From assembly GCA_963727505.1 (NCBI GenBank), contig CAVSGP010000004.1:128001-192000 (forward strand): a DNA stretch of 64,000 nt, in the 5' to 3' direction. Source of the DNA: an uncultured Trueperaceae bacterium. Lineage in GTDB: Bacteria > Deinococcota > Deinococci > Deinococcales > Trueperaceae. Position numbers and translations under genes: made by a program. The notes under the pieces are model-generated. The model saw only the letters and a list, made by a program, of their open reading frames with translations. It did not search any database and was not told where the DNA came from. Below, piece by piece: positions 22,127 through 34,453 of this stretch (within the stretch, counting starts at the first letter, position 1; each line of letters begins with the position of its first letter).

Positions 22127-23215
22127 TCAGGCACCGACGTGCTGACGCTTCGAAGCGAGATGCGCCACGACGTAGGCGGCGTCGCGGCCGACGCCCCCGA
22201 GCAACACCGAGCTCAGCGAGTGGAGGAACGGCAATCCCAGGAAGTAGAGTCCTGGACAGTACACCACCACGCCGCGCCGTGCGATGGGCAGGCCGGCCCG
22301 ATACCGCACCGGGAGCTCGATCCAGTCGTGCCGCAGGTGGTAGCCCGTGCACCACACGACGTTCGCGACATTGAGGACCGTACCGTCGGTCAGGACAGGG
22401 CGGCCGCCTTGCACGCCGGCCACGCGCGGAACCCTCCGGATGCCCGCGGCGGCGAAGTCCGCCCGCCGGACCCGGCCGAGCGGGACGCCTCGAGGCGGGT
22501 CCAGGAAGACGTCGCGGACCTTGCGGCCGATGGGCGTGCCCACCGTGAGGACGCGCGTGGCTGCGAACCAGAAGATCGGTGCGACCAGGCGGTGGCCGGG
22601 CGTCCCCGCCGCCGCGGGCTCCTGTCCCGTGTCCCGCCCCGACAGCGCCACCCGGTGGGTCCGCGCCAGCTCGACCGCGATCTCCGCGCCGGAGTTGCCC
22701 GCGCCCACGACCAGCACGTCGCCCCGCTGCAGCTGCGAGGGATTGCGGTAGGCCTTGGAGTGGAGCTGGACGATGCCCTCGTCCAGCTCGCCCGCGAACG
22801 GCGGGACCTTGGGCACGTGATAGGCCCCGGCGGCCACCACGACGTGGTCCGCCAGCCACCGTCCCCCGCCGTGCAGCACCTCGAAGCGCCCCTGCGCCGC
22901 GCGCAGCCGCTCGACCCGGACCCCGGTGCGCACGGGCAGGTCGAACGCACGCGCGTACGCCTCCAGGAACGCCGCAACCTCGTCCTTGCTCGGGTAGCTC
23001 CAACCCGCGGCGGGGAACCGCTTGCCGGGCAGCGCGTCGTAACGCGCGGGCGTGAACAGCCTGAGCGAGTCCCAGCGCTTGCGCCAGCTGTCGCCGACCC
23101 GTTCGTGGGCGTCCAGGATGACGAAGGGCAGCCCGCGACGCTTGAGGTGGTACCCCGCGGCCAGCCCGGCCTGTCCCCCGCCGATGACGACGGTCTCGAC
23201 GCGCTCGTCGCTCAC
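22127..23215 (-). CDS. Flavin-containing monooxygenase/oxidoreductase (CzcO/ArsO-like)
   Basis: GGGQAG, WRKRWDSLRLFTP, GAGNSG, WCTGY; GTG start after GGAGGAG. Confidence 0.9.
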   Translation of the reverse strand: MSDERVETVVIGGGQAGLAAGYHLKRRGLPFVILDAHERVGDSWRKRWDSLRLFTPARYDALPGKRFPAAGWSYPSKDEVAAFLEAYARAFDLPVRTGVRVERLRAAQGRFEVLHGGGRWLADHVVVAAGAYHVPKVPPFAGELDEGIVQLHSKAYRNPSQLQRGDVLVVGAGNSGAEIAVELARTHRVALSGRDTGQEPAAAGTPGHRLVAPIFWFAATRVLTVGTPIGRKVRDVFLDPPRGVPLGRVRRADFAAAGIRRVPRVAGVQGGRPVLTDGTVLNVANVVWCTGYHLRHDWIELPVRYRAGLPIARRGVVVYCPGLYFLGLPFLHSLSSVLLGGVGRDAAYVVAHLASKRQHVGA

Positions 23216-23278
23216 GGCTCCTCCTTCCCCTCGTCGGAATGGGTGGGCGGGGTGTGCGTGCGGCACCCGCGCCGGCCG

Positions 23279-23578
23279 TCAGCTCTCGATGCGGAAGATC
23301 TCGCGGCGGCCGCTCACCACCAGGTCGTGGTAGTCCGCCATCGCGCCGCGCACCCGTGCGTCGTCCATGAGCCTGCGCTCGAGGCCGAAGAAATCGTCGA
23401 TGCCCTCGACGCTCGCCTCGGCGACGAGCGTCCAGAAGGGCTCGCTCGCGACGTCGGTCAGGATGCGCAGCGGGCGCTCGCCCAGCTCCTCGAGCGCCGT
23501 CGACATCACCCGGAATTTCTCGGCAAGCGCCCGTACCCTTCCCGGCTTGCAGTTGAGGATCTCGCGCACGACGTACAT
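23279..23578 (-). CDS. Small NIPSNAP/dimeric alpha-beta barrel-like protein
   Basis: 99 aa MYVVREILNCKPG...GRREIFRIES with RBS; fold call tentative. Confidence 0.7.
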   Translation of the reverse strand: MYVVREILNCKPGRVRALAEKFRVMSTALEELGERPLRILTDVASEPFWTLVAEASVEGIDDFFGLERRLMDDARVRGAMADYHDLVVSGRREIFRIES

Positions 23579-23809
23579 GGTGCCCTCCCCTGGGGCGTTC
23601 GGTCCGGCCCGCCCCCGTGTGTGGGGGCACCGTAGCGCGACCGGCACGCCGCCGGCATCGGGGAGAACCCCCAAGACCGCCAACCCCGGCGTGCGTGGTT
23701 CCACCCACGCCGGGGCGCCCCGGTCGCGGGGGGACGGCGCCCCGTCCTGAGTATGGAACCGCACCCGCACGCGCGCAAGCACGCCGGCACCGCGGTCGCG
23801 CGGTCGCAC

Positions 23810-25201
23810 CTATAGCAGCGTGCCGGTCAGCAAGGTCGCGGCCACGGTGAAGAAGATGATGATGCCGGTGACGTCGACGATGGTCGCGACGAAGGGCGCC
23901 GACGACGACGCCGGGTCGGCGCCGATACGCTTGAGCACGATCGGGAGCAACGAGCCGGCCAGCGACCCCCAGAGCACCACGCCGATGAGCGAGAAGAAGA
24001 TCGTGCCGGCGATGAGCGGCCAGTGCGGGCCGTACATATCGAACGCCAGCGCCCACACGGTGATGCGCGCGAAGCCCACGGTGCCGAGGATGAGCCCGAG
24101 CGACAACCCCGCCACCAGCTCCCGGCGCATCACGCGCCACCAGTCGCGGACCGTCACCTCGCCCAGCGCCATGGCGCGCGTCACCAGCGTGGCGGCCTGC
24201 GAGCCCGAGTTGCCGCCGCTGGAGATGATCAGAGGGATGAACAGCGACAGCACCACGGCCTTGGCGATCTCGGTCTGGAAGAACCCCATCGCGGTAGCGG
24301 TGAGCATCTCGCCGATGAACAACATCACCAGCCACACCGCGCGCTTGCGCACCAGCGCGGGAATGCTGAGCCGCAAGTAGGGCTCGTCGAACGCCTCGAC
24401 ACCGCCGAGCTTGTGGAAATCCTCGGTAGCTTCTTCTTCGGCCACGTCCAGCACATCGTCCACCGTGACGATGCCAACGAGGATCCCGCCGGTGTCGGTG
24501 ACGGGGAGCGCGGTGCGGTCCAGCCTGCGGAAGGCGCTGACCGCCTCCTCCTGGTCCTGGGTGGCCTCCAGCGCCACGAACTGCCGGTCCATGAGCGCCT
24601 CGATGCGGGTCTCCGGATCGACGAGAAGCAGCTCACGCATCCGCAGGTCGTCGATGAGCCGCCCGCCCTTGGCCGTGACGTAGAGGATGTTGAGGGTCTC
24701 GGAGTCGCTGCCGAACTGCCGGATGTGCGCCAGGGCGTCCCCAACGGTCCAGTGCGGCTTGACCGCTACGTAATCGGGCGTCATCAGGCGGCCGACCGAG
24801 TCTTCCGGATAGCCGAGCAGGCGCGTGGCCACGCTGCGCTCGTCCGGCGAGAGCAGATTGAGCAGGCGCTTCGTCACCTTGCCGGGCAGCTCTTCGAGGA
24901 GCGCCGTGCGATCGTCCGGCGACATGTCGTTGAGGATGTGCGCCACGTCGCGGTCGCCCATCGCCCTGAGCAGGCGTTCCTGGGCGTCGACGCGCAGGTA
25001 CTCGAAGGTGTCGGCCGCCAGGTCGCGCGGCAGGATGCGGAACACCACCGCCTCCGCCTCGTGCGGCAGGTCGTCCATCAGCTCGGCGAGGTCGGGCGGT
25101 TCCCGGTCGCGAAGTCGCGTCCGGAGCTCCTCGAAACGCCGCGCCTCGACCAGCTCCAGGAGCTCGTCGCGCTGGGCCTCCAGATCGGGAGCCTGAACCA
25201 T
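23810..25201 (-). CDS. mgtE: Magnesium transporter MgtE
   Basis: MgtE N domain, CBS pair, SSGGNSGSQA, DPASSSAPFVATIVD. Confidence 0.96.
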   Translation of the reverse strand: MVQAPDLEAQRDELLELVEARRFEELRTRLRDREPPDLAELMDDLPHEAEAVVFRILPRDLAADTFEYLRVDAQERLLRAMGDRDVAHILNDMSPDDRTALLEELPGKVTKRLLNLLSPDERSVATRLLGYPEDSVGRLMTPDYVAVKPHWTVGDALAHIRQFGSDSETLNILYVTAKGGRLIDDLRMRELLLVDPETRIEALMDRQFVALEATQDQEEAVSAFRRLDRTALPVTDTGGILVGIVTVDDVLDVAEEEATEDFHKLGGVEAFDEPYLRLSIPALVRKRAVWLVMLFIGEMLTATAMGFFQTEIAKAVVLSLFIPLIISSGGNSGSQAATLVTRAMALGEVTVRDWWRVMRRELVAGLSLGLILGTVGFARITVWALAFDMYGPHWPLIAGTIFFSLIGVVLWGSLAGSLLPIVLKRIGADPASSSAPFVATIVDVTGIIIFFTVAATLLTGTLL

Positions 25202-25378
25202 GTGCCTCACCTCCGCCCGTCACCGACGCCGGGCGCGCATCTGGCGCGTCCGGGGCCAGGGAAGTCTACCAGCCGCGCGCCGCTCTCCCCCGCCGGCTGC
25301 GGCCGCCGCGTCGGCACCTCATGCGCACATCGTCACAAGCAATAAGCTCGTGCGTTTGTGACGGCGCGTGCCGAGGGC

Positions 25379-25960
25379 TCAGTTCAACTCGTCCAACGTG
25401 AGTTGGAAGCTCGGCACGAACGTCTCCAGGAAGTAGCCCACCTCGGGCTCCTCCACCGCCGCCAGATCGGCCCCGATGGCCTGCTCCGCGCGCACGAACT
25501 CCTCGTTGCCCGCCTTGGCCTCCTCCACACACTTGAGGTAGGCGGTGAGCTTGTCGGCGAGCTTCACCAGCCGCCACTCAGCGGCGTCGGCATCCGCCGG
25601 GAAGAACAGCTCGCGGTAGTCGGGCCGGAGTGCCGTGGGGAGCATCTTCAGCAGACGCTCGCGGGCCACGTCACGGATGCCGTCCATCGCCTCGGCGACC
25701 CGGGGGTTGAAATACTTGATGGGGGTAGGCACGTCGCCGGTGATGACCTCCTCGGCATCGTGGAACACGGCCAGCAACGCGGTCCGCTCGGGGTCTACCG
25801 AACCGCCGTAGAGCCGGTTGCGGATGACCGCCAGGGCGTGCGCCACCATCGCCACCTGCAAGCTGTGCTCCTGGGTGTTCTCGGGGCGCGTGTTGCGCAT
25901 CAGACCCCAGCGCAGGATGTATTTCAGGCGAGCCAGGTAGGCAAAGTAGTGGCTGCTCAC
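25379..25960 (-). CDS. yfbR: 5'-deoxynucleotidase (HD domain)
   Basis: RWGLMRN..ENTQEHS, FHDAEE..GDVPTPIKY, KLADK. Confidence 0.92.
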   Translation of the reverse strand: MSSHYFAYLARLKYILRWGLMRNTRPENTQEHSLQVAMVAHALAVIRNRLYGGSVDPERTALLAVFHDAEEVITGDVPTPIKYFNPRVAEAMDGIRDVARERLLKMLPTALRPDYRELFFPADADAAEWRLVKLADKLTAYLKCVEEAKAGNEEFVRAEQAIGADLAAVEEPEVGYFLETFVPSFQLTLDELN

Positions 25961-26018
25961 GCCGGATATCGTACCGTGGGCAGCGGAGGGGCCCGCCCGC
26001 AGGCTATGAAACATCGCA

Positions 26019-26047
26019 TTGACGCGTGGCGGTGCGCTCCGTACGCT
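26019..26047 (+). promoter_or_regulatory. sigma-A promoter
   Basis: TTGACG-17-TACGCT. Confidence 0.6.
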
Positions 26048-26068
26048 CTGGTGAACGAGGAGGAGACC

Positions 26069-26431
26069 GTGAAGCGTCTTGCCTGGATAGCGCTCGGGTT
26101 GCTGGCCATCACGCTCGCAGCGTGCGCACCCACCACCGCGGTGGAGACCAACGTGACCCCGACCCTGATCTCCGTCACGCCCCCGCAGTCGAGCGGCGGC
26201 ACCGTCGTGCTCCAGGGCCGCTACTTCGGCGACGGCCACGGCGGCACGGGGGCCAACAGCTACGTCCTTGTCGGGGCGAACATGAACCGCGAGGGCGGCA
26301 TGAAGGTGCAGTCGTCGTCGTGGAGCCCCAACCGTATCGAGTTCCCGGAGCCGCAGAACGCGGGGTACGGCTTCGTCTTCGTGGTCGTCAACGGCCAGCC
26401 GAGCAACGGCCTCCCCGCGAACTTCCCCTGA
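26069..26431 (+). CDS. Lipoprotein with IPT/TIG-like domain
   Basis: GAGGAGGAG RBS, lipobox LAAC, PTLISVTP..VVLQGRYFG..WSPNRI. Confidence 0.8.
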   Translation: MKRLAWIALGLLAITLAACAPTTAVETNVTPTLISVTPPQSSGGTVVLQGRYFGDGHGGTGANSYVLVGANMNREGGMKVQSSSWSPNRIEFPEPQNAGYGFVFVVVNGQPSNGLPANFP

Positions 26432-26540
26432 ACGAAGCGCTACGAGCGGCATCGAGCCGCTCACCGAGCCTGCGGGGTCGCCATCGGCGGCCCCGCTTCT
26501 CGTGGTGCGGGCGCTCAGACGCGCGGTAGACTCGGACCCT

Positions 26541-27800
26541 ATGAAACCGCAAGCCGTGAAGGGCACCCATGACGTCCTGCCCGACCAGCAGCCCCTCTGG
26601 CGGCACCTGCTGGGTGCGGTCGAGCGCGAGTTCTCGCGCTCGGGCGTCCGCCAGATCACCACGCCGGTGTTCGAGTACAGCGAGGTCTTCGACAAGTCGG
26701 TGGGCGATTCCGCCGATCTGGTCGTGCAGAAGGAGATGTACACGTTCGAGGACCGGGGCGGACGCAGCCTGACCTTGCGGCCGGAGTTCACGGCCGGGGT
26801 GCTACGCGCCTTCATCGAGCACGGCATGCACACCCTGCCGCGCCCCGTGAAACTGTGGAGCGCGGGTCCCCTGTTCCGCGCCGAGAACGTGCAGCGCGGC
26901 CGCTACCGCCAGTTCCACCAGATCAACCTCGAGATCGTGGGCCTCTCCCAAGCGCTCGCCGACGCCGAGGCGGTCCAGCTCGTGTATCGATCGCTGAAAC
27001 GCGCAGGGTTGCGGCGGCACCGCGTGCGGCTGGGGTCGGTGGGCGACCCCGAGGACCGCGCGGCCTACAACGCCTATCTGCGCGAGAAGCTCACCCCCCA
27101 TGCCGAAGCGCTCTCGGAGACGAGCCAGCGCCGGCTGGAGCTCAACCCCATGCGGGTGCTCGACAGCAAGTCCGAAGAGGACCAGGCGCTGCTGGAGGGC
27201 CTCAAGCGCCCGCTCGACTTCCTGGGGGAAGCGGCCCGCGCTCACCTGGACGAGGTCCGGCGTTACCTCGACGGATGGGACGTGCCCTACGAGATCGACC
27301 CCGCGATCGTGCGTGGGCTCGACTACTACCGCCGCACCGCGTTCGAGGTCCACTTCGAGGGCATCGGCGCCCAGTCCGCGCTCGGTGGGGGCGGCCGCTA
27401 CGACGGCCTCATCGAGAACCTCGGCGGGCCGGCGCTCCCGGGCGTGGGCTGGGCGGTCGGCGTCGAGCGGATCTTCGACGCCCTGGCGCAGGAAGGGATC
27501 ACCCCGACCGACGACAGCGGTCCGGCGCTCTACCTGGTGCCGCTCGACGAACCGGCGGTCCTCGAGGTGACGCGCCTGGCGAGCGCGCTGCGGGAGCAGT
27601 TCCGGGTCGAGCACAGCTACCAACCCCGCAACCCGGGCAAGGGCCTCAAGGAGGCCGACCGCAGTGGCGCGGCGTTCGCCGCCCTGCGCGGCAGCAGCGA
27701 GCGGGAGCGCGGCGTCGTGCAGCTCAAGAACCTGGCCAGCGGCGAACAGGCGGCGGTCGCCGAGGGCGACGTGATGCGCTACCTGCAGGAGCGCCTGTGA
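26541..27800 (+). CDS. hisS: Histidine--tRNA ligase
   Basis: [36 protein letters not shown]. Confidence 0.97.
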   Translation: MKPQAVKGTHDVLPDQQPLWRHLLGAVEREFSRSGVRQITTPVFEYSEVFDKSVGDSADLVVQKEMYTFEDRGGRSLTLRPEFTAGVLRAFIEHGMHTLPRPVKLWSAGPLFRAENVQRGRYRQFHQINLEIVGLSQALADAEAVQLVYRSLKRAGLRRHRVRLGSVGDPEDRAAYNAYLREKLTPHAEALSETSQRRLELNPMRVLDSKSEEDQALLEGLKRPLDFLGEAARAHLDEVRRYLDGWDVPYEIDPAIVRGLDYYRRTAFEVHFEGIGAQSALGGGGRYDGLIENLGGPALPGVGWAVGVERIFDALAQEGITPTDDSGPALYLVPLDEPAVLEVTRLASALREQFRVEHSYQPRNPGKGLKEADRSGAAFAALRGSSERERGVVQLKNLASGEQAAVAEGDVMRYLQERL

Positions 27801-27879
27801 ACCGGCCGCCCACCTGCCCCGCCTGCCGGTCGGCGCACGCGGAGATGCCCGGGGGGCGCGCTCTGATAAGCTCACGGGC

Positions 27880-29658
27880 ATGAGACGGAGCCATTCCTGC
27901 GGGGCATTACGTGCCTCGCATGCCTCCCAGACCGTCGTCCTGCAGGGGTGGGTCAACCGCAGGCGCGACCTCGGCGGGCTGATCTTCTTCGACCTGCGCG
28001 ACCGCGAGGGCCTCACCCAGATCGTGGTGGAGCCCGACGACACCGAAGCCTTCGCCGCCGCCCAGGGCGTCCGCGGCGAGTTCGTGGTGGAGATCGAGGG
28101 CGAGGTGCGACTCCGCCCCGCCGACCAGCGCAACGACCGCAACGCGACCGGCGAGGTCGAGGTCGTGGCCAGGCGACTCGAAGTGCTCTCCCCCGCCCGT
28201 ACGCCGCCCTTCCTGGTCGACGGCAGCGTCGATGCCCGGGAGGTCAGCGAGGACCTGCGTCTCAAACATCGCTATCTCGACCTCAGGCGCCCGCAGGCGC
28301 TGGCGCCGCTGCGCGTGCGTCACCACGTGACCAAGGCGATCTGGGACTACCTCGACGACCGCGGCTTCATCCAGGTAGAGACGCCGCTGCTCACGCTGTC
28401 CACGCCCGAGGGAGCGCGCGACTTCGTGGTTCCGGCGCGCCTCAAGCCGGGATCGTTCTACGCGCTCCCGCAGTCGCCCCAGCTCTTCAAGCAGATGCTG
28501 ATGATGGCGGGCGTCGATCGCTACTTCCAGGTGGCGCGCTGCTTCCGCGACGAGGACCTCCGTGCCGACCGCCAGCCCGACTTCACCCAGCTCGACGTCG
28601 AGATGGCGTTCGTCGATCAGGACGACGTGCTAGAGCTCAACGAGGGGCTCATGGAAGCCGTCGTCAACGCGGCCACCGGCGCCGAGATCGCGACCCCGTT
28701 CCCACGCCTGAGCTACCGCGAGGCGATGGACCGCTACGGGAGCGACAAGCCCGACACCCGCTTCGGCCTGCCGCTTGCCGACGCCTCACCCGCGTTCGAG
28801 GGCACCGCGTTCCGGGGGTTCTCCTCGGTGCTCGACGCCGGTGGCGTGGTGAAGACTCTCCGCGTCCCCGCCTCCAACGCTGCGCCGTTGACGCGACGGG
28901 TGCTGGACGAGCTGGAAGCGCACGCGAAGCGTCACGGAGCCAAGGGGATGGCCTGGCTCCGGCGCGGCGGCCAGGGCGCCTTCAGCGGCCCGATCGCGAA
29001 GTTCCTGGGCGAGGGCGAGCGCATGCGGCTGCAGGAGCTGGCGGAGGACGAGGGTGACGTATTGCTCCTCGTCGCCGATCGTTGGAAGGTTGCCGGCACG
29101 GCTCTGGGCGCGGTGCGCAGCCGCCTCCCCGAGCTGCTCGGCATCGACCTTCCAGACAGGCTCGACTTCCTGTGGGTCGTGGACTTCCCGCTGCTGGAGC
29201 GGGACGAGGACAGCGGAGGCTGGACCTATATGCACCACCCCTTCACACGCCCCAACGAAGCCGACCTCGACCGCTTGGAGAGCGACCCGGGGTCGGTGCG
29301 AGCGCACGCCTACGACCTGGTCCTCAACGGTAACGAGATCGGCGGCGGCAGCCTGCGCATCCACCGTCTCGACGTGCAGCGCCGCATGTTCCGCGCGCTG
29401 GGCTTCAGCGACGACGAGGCCGAGCGCCGCTTCGGATTCTTCCTGGAGGCGCTCTCCTACGGCGCGCCCCCGCACGGCGGCATCGCCTGGGGGCTCGACC
29501 GGCTGGTGATGCTATTGAGCGGGGCCTCGAGCCTGCGCGACGTGATCGCCTTCCCGAAGAATCAGCGCGGCGGTGATCCACTCACCGGCGCTCCGTCGTC
29601 GGTGGACGAGGAGCAGCTCCGGGAGCTGGGGCTCGCCCTCGCAGGTGACCGCGCATGA
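27880..29658 (+). CDS. aspS: Aspartate--tRNA ligase
   Basis: [51 protein letters not shown]. Confidence 0.97.
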   Translation: MRRSHSCGALRASHASQTVVLQGWVNRRRDLGGLIFFDLRDREGLTQIVVEPDDTEAFAAAQGVRGEFVVEIEGEVRLRPADQRNDRNATGEVEVVARRLEVLSPARTPPFLVDGSVDAREVSEDLRLKHRYLDLRRPQALAPLRVRHHVTKAIWDYLDDRGFIQVETPLLTLSTPEGARDFVVPARLKPGSFYALPQSPQLFKQMLMMAGVDRYFQVARCFRDEDLRADRQPDFTQLDVEMAFVDQDDVLELNEGLMEAVVNAATGAEIATPFPRLSYREAMDRYGSDKPDTRFGLPLADASPAFEGTAFRGFSSVLDAGGVVKTLRVPASNAAPLTRRVLDELEAHAKRHGAKGMAWLRRGGQGAFSGPIAKFLGEGERMRLQELAEDEGDVLLLVADRWKVAGTALGAVRSRLPELLGIDLPDRLDFLWVVDFPLLERDEDSGGWTYMHHPFTRPNEADLDRLESDPGSVRAHAYDLVLNGNEIGGGSLRIHRLDVQRRMFRALGFSDDEAERRFGFFLEALSYGAPPHGGIAWGLDRLVMLLSGASSLRDVIAFPKNQRGGDPLTGAPSSVDEEQLRELGLALAGDRA

Positions 29659-30467
29659 TCCCGGTCGTCGTTCTCGACCTAGACGGTACCCTCATCGGAT
29701 CGCAGGGCGTGGTGCAGTCGTGCGTGTGGGACGCTGCCGAGCGCGTGCGCGAGGCCGGCGTCAAGCTGGTGGTGTGCACGGGCCGGCCGGCGTTCGGCGT
29801 CGCGCAGCGCGTTGCGCGACGGCTAGGTCCGACGGCGCCGCACGTGTTCCAGTCGGGCGCGCACGTCGCCTACCCCGACGGTGAGACCCTCAAGGCATCG
29901 GCGCTCAAGGAGGCGGCCGCGCGGCGCATCATCGAGCAGGCGCGCAAGCTCGGCAGCGTGCTGGAGCTTTACACCCCGAGCAACCTGTTCGTCGAGCGCA
30001 AGACCGACATGAGCGAGGCGCACGCCAAGATGCTCGGCGTCAATGCCATCGTGCGCGACCTGGAGGACGTGGTGGCCAACGAGCCGGTCGTGCGCGCGCA
30101 GTGGATCGTGCCGCTCGACCTGGTCGCCACGGTCACGGGCCTGTCGGGCGACGGCGTGCAGGTGTCCACCGCGACCAGCCCGGCTCTGAAGAACACCGCC
30201 TTCGTGAGCGTCACACGGGAGGGCGTCTCCAAGGCGAGCGCCGTGCGGCATGTGGCGGAGGTGCTCCGGGTCCGACTCGAGGACATGATGGCGGTGGGCG
30301 ACAGCCTCGGCGACCTGTCGATGCTGGAGGCGGTCGGACACCCGGTGGTGATGGCGAACAGCGCGCCCGAATTGCTGGAGCGTTTCGCCCACGTGGCCGG
30401 CGACGTGGAGTCGTGCGGCGTGGTGGCAGCGCTCGACGAGGCCCTCGCGGCGTCGGGTCGGAGCTGA
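29655..30467 (+). CDS. Cof-type HAD hydrolase
   Basis: DLDGTL, CTGR, GDSLGD. Confidence 0.9.
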   Translation: MIPVVVLDLDGTLIGSQGVVQSCVWDAAERVREAGVKLVVCTGRPAFGVAQRVARRLGPTAPHVFQSGAHVAYPDGETLKASALKEAAARRIIEQARKLGSVLELYTPSNLFVERKTDMSEAHAKMLGVNAIVRDLEDVVANEPVVRAQWIVPLDLVATVTGLSGDGVQVSTATSPALKNTAFVSVTREGVSKASAVRHVAEVLRVRLEDMMAVGDSLGDLSMLEAVGHPVVMANSAPELLERFAHVAGDVESCGVVAALDEALAASGRS

Positions 30468-30506
30468 GCCGCGCCCGCCCCACCGGCCCCTGGTAGACTC
30501 GCACGC

Positions 30507-31805
<1,299 letters not shown>

Positions 31806-31913
31806 CCGCCTCCCCCAGAGGTCCGGCGCACCGTCAGCACCGGCCCGGCGGCCCTCCGGGCCGGCCTCTGGCTGGCCGCCGCCGTCCGCACGTCCGGGTC
31901 CGGAGGGCCAGGC

Positions 31914-32477
31914 TCAGAGAGCCGAGTCCACCGCTACGTGGCCGAGCAGCGTGTGCGCAGGCTGGCCTTCGCGAAGGAAGCGCACCTCGTCGGCGCCGTT
32001 GTTGAGCACGGTCTGCCGGATGGAGTGCAGGAGCTGCAGCTCCTCTCCCACCCCCACTGCGACCGGTGCGCTCTCCCGCAGATCGAGCACCGCCACCTGC
32101 TTGCGGTTGACCTGCTGGACGTACACCTCGGGAATCTCGAGTCCCTGCGGCCAGCTCCCGGCCTGACCCATCGCCTTGCGCAAGGCTCCCAGGATGCTCT
32201 GCAGGCGCTCGGCCGGGTCCGAAGACAGCGTCAAGGTCACGAAGTCGGGGCGTGCCAGACCACCGGGATCGACGAGCTCCAGACGCACTTCCTGGCTCTT
32301 CACCTGCACCTGCGGTTGCGCCGGCTTGATGTCGACGGGGCGCGGGTTGGCCACGTGCGCGCCGTGGCCGCCGAGGAAGAACACCAGGCTCGCCAGGAAG
32401 ATCAGCGCCGCCACTGCCACGAAGGGCGTCGCGAGCCGTCGCCAGCGGGCGAGCCCACGCCTTCTCGGCTCGCTCAC
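31914..32477 (-). CDS. GerMN-like membrane-anchored protein
   Basis: N-terminal TM; SIRQTVL..EVRFLREG..TLLGHV; follows the amidase. Confidence 0.7.
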   Translation of the reverse strand: MSEPRRRGLARWRRLATPFVAVAALIFLASLVFFLGGHGAHVANPRPVDIKPAQPQVQVKSQEVRLELVDPGGLARPDFVTLTLSSDPAERLQSILGALRKAMGQAGSWPQGLEIPEVYVQQVNRKQVAVLDLRESAPVAVGVGEELQLLHSIRQTVLNNGADEVRFLREGQPAHTLLGHVAVDSAL

Positions 32478-33865
32478 GGGGTGGCGCCTCCCGAGCCGAG
32501 CAGCGTCGTCAGCGCGCTCGCCAGATCGGCGGCGAGCCCGCTGGAGGCAAGATCCTGCGGGCTGAACTCGAGCAACATGCCCCTACCGGCCGCGCCGCCG
32601 AGCACGTACAGGGGCGCCCCGCCGGTGTCGCTGGACCGGTATCCGCCGTTCCGGAAGAGCTCGGTCCCCAAGCCTTCGGCGAAGCTCCGGCCGACGTCGA
32701 GCTGAGGCACCAGGCCGAGCAGGATCTTGCGGCGCAGGGCGTTCACGTCCTGGCTCTGGACCGCGCTCTGAGCGTTCTTGCGGATGGCGGCGTCGAGCGA
32801 GCTCACGCCGCTGGCGTCCGAGAGATAGTAGGCGTGGAACTGTCCCGCGGGAAGCACCGCAGCGTGGATGGAGACGAACAGGTCGGCGCCCACGCCGTCG
32901 CGTGAGCGCGTGGCGGCGTCGACCGTGAAGTCACCGGTGCGCGTCAGCGACACGTCGTATCCCCGTGCCTGCAGCGCCTTCTGGAGCTGGTCGGCGAAGG
33001 CCAGCGTGAGCGAGGCCTCGCTGCCGTACCCCGGGAAGTTGATGCCCGGGTCCTTCCCGCCGTGACCGGGGTCGATCACGATATGCGCACTCGTCTGTAC
33101 GGTCGTGCCCTTGGGCGTGAACGCAACCACCAGACGGAAGCCGTTGCCGTCCGGGAGGCTGTAGACCTGGTAGGAGGTGCCCGGCGCGAGCTGTACGCGC
33201 ACGTCCGTGCCTCCCCCCGAAGTTCCGGCGTCGGCCCGCACGAACGCGTCCCCGACCACTCCGCTCACGTCCGACGCGACGTCGGCGCGGTCGAAGTGGA
33301 GCTGCAACGTCGCCACCGGCTCGTTGAAGAAGGTCGAGGTACCCACGGGTGCCGACACGCGAACCACGAGCCGCTGCTGGGGACCGCTACCTTCCGTGGT
33401 GAGGGCGGTGATCTGCGCCCGGGGCTGGACCACGACGACCGTGTGGTCCTTCTGCAGATAGGCCACCTTGCCGCCGAGCGCCTCGGCGACCGGCTTGACC
33501 GGGACCAGCACATCGCCGCTCTGGAGTACGGCGGCCGGACCGTCGAGGGCTCTGCCGTCGAGGTGCAGTGCCGCGCCCGCGGCGCCGGCCTGGGCCGGAT
33601 CGCTCACGACCTTCACCGCAAGGACGTGTCCGCCGAGTTGGAGTGTGGCAACGGTGGTGTCGGCATCGGTGTAGAAACGGGCCCCGAGGGCGCTTGCCAG
33701 CGCCGCAGCGGGTGCGTAGCTGGTGCCCGCGACCAGCTCGGTGGTGTTGCCGTCGACCGTCACGCCGTTGACCACCAGGGTGTTCTGGGCGGCCGCCATC
33801 GCCGAGAACGCGAGCAACAGTCCCACGAGAAGGCGTGGAAGCCCGCGGCGAAGGCCGACCCTCAC
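32474..33865 (-). CDS. N-acetylmuramoyl-L-alanine amidase
   Basis: Signal peptide, IDPGHGGKDPG, E, FVSIHA, LLEF; GTG overlaps the smpB stop. Confidence 0.88.
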   Translation of the reverse strand: MRVGLRRGLPRLLVGLLLAFSAMAAAQNTLVVNGVTVDGNTTELVAGTSYAPAAALASALGARFYTDADTTVATLQLGGHVLAVKVVSDPAQAGAAGAALHLDGRALDGPAAVLQSGDVLVPVKPVAEALGGKVAYLQKDHTVVVVQPRAQITALTTEGSGPQQRLVVRVSAPVGTSTFFNEPVATLQLHFDRADVASDVSGVVGDAFVRADAGTSGGGTDVRVQLAPGTSYQVYSLPDGNGFRLVVAFTPKGTTVQTSAHIVIDPGHGGKDPGINFPGYGSEASLTLAFADQLQKALQARGYDVSLTRTGDFTVDAATRSRDGVGADLFVSIHAAVLPAGQFHAYYLSDASGVSSLDAAIRKNAQSAVQSQDVNALRRKILLGLVPQLDVGRSFAEGLGTELFRNGGYRSSDTGGAPLYVLGGAAGRGMLLEFSPQDLASSGLAADLASALTTLLGSGGATP

Positions 33866-34308
33866 GTTTCGCGCTCGCGGCGGCTCATGGCCCGATCGAT
33901 CTCGCGCTGCGCATCCTTCTTGGCCTCCGTGCGACGCTTGTCGTGCAGTTTCTTGCCGCGCGCCAGGCCGATCTCGATCTTGGCCCAGCCTTCCTTGAAG
34001 TAGAGCTTGAGCGGGACCAGGGTCAGCCCCTTGCGATCCAGTCCCCGCGCGATCTCGGCGATCTCGCGCCGTTTCAGCAGCAGCTTGCGGGCCCGCAGCG
34101 GTTCGTGGTTGTTGTAGCTCGCCTCGGTGTATACGGGGATCGTCATGCCCTCCAGGAACACCTCGCCGCCGCGGATGCGGGCGAAGGCCTCGGCGATGGA
34201 GCCGCCCCCCTGTCGCAGCGCCTTGACCTCGCTGCCGGTGAGCGCCATGCCCGCCTCGAAGCGCTCGAGGATCTCGAAGTCGTGGGTGGCGCGGCGATTT
34301 CTGAGCAT
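33862..34308 (-). CDS. smpB: SsrA-binding protein
   Basis: NRRATHDF, EAGMALTGSEVK, RKLLL, GKKLHDKR. Confidence 0.97.
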   Translation of the reverse strand: MLRNRRATHDFEILERFEAGMALTGSEVKALRQGGGSIAEAFARIRGGEVFLEGMTIPVYTEASYNNHEPLRARKLLLKRREIAEIARGLDRKGLTLVPLKLYFKEGWAKIEIGLARGKKLHDKRRTEAKKDAQREIDRAMSRRERET

Positions 34309-34453
34309 GGGGTAAGTCCGTTGCACATGATAGCCAGGGCGCGTGAGAAAGGCAAAGCGCGGCGCGCCTCCGAACCGAGGATTTCACGAGTTCACGAGCG
34401 CCGGACATGTACTCACGTTCACGAAGAGGGGCCGCCGACGCCGGCTACGCGCG

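Noticed and set aside
25202..25378. M-box riboswitch upstream of mgtE
   Set aside because: A -10 box (TAGACT) implies a short leader, and no M-box consensus is visible.
20277..25960. Prophage, ICE or integron around the recombinase
   Set aside because: No phage, conjugation or replication genes, no attC array, and no IntI-specific insertion recognised.
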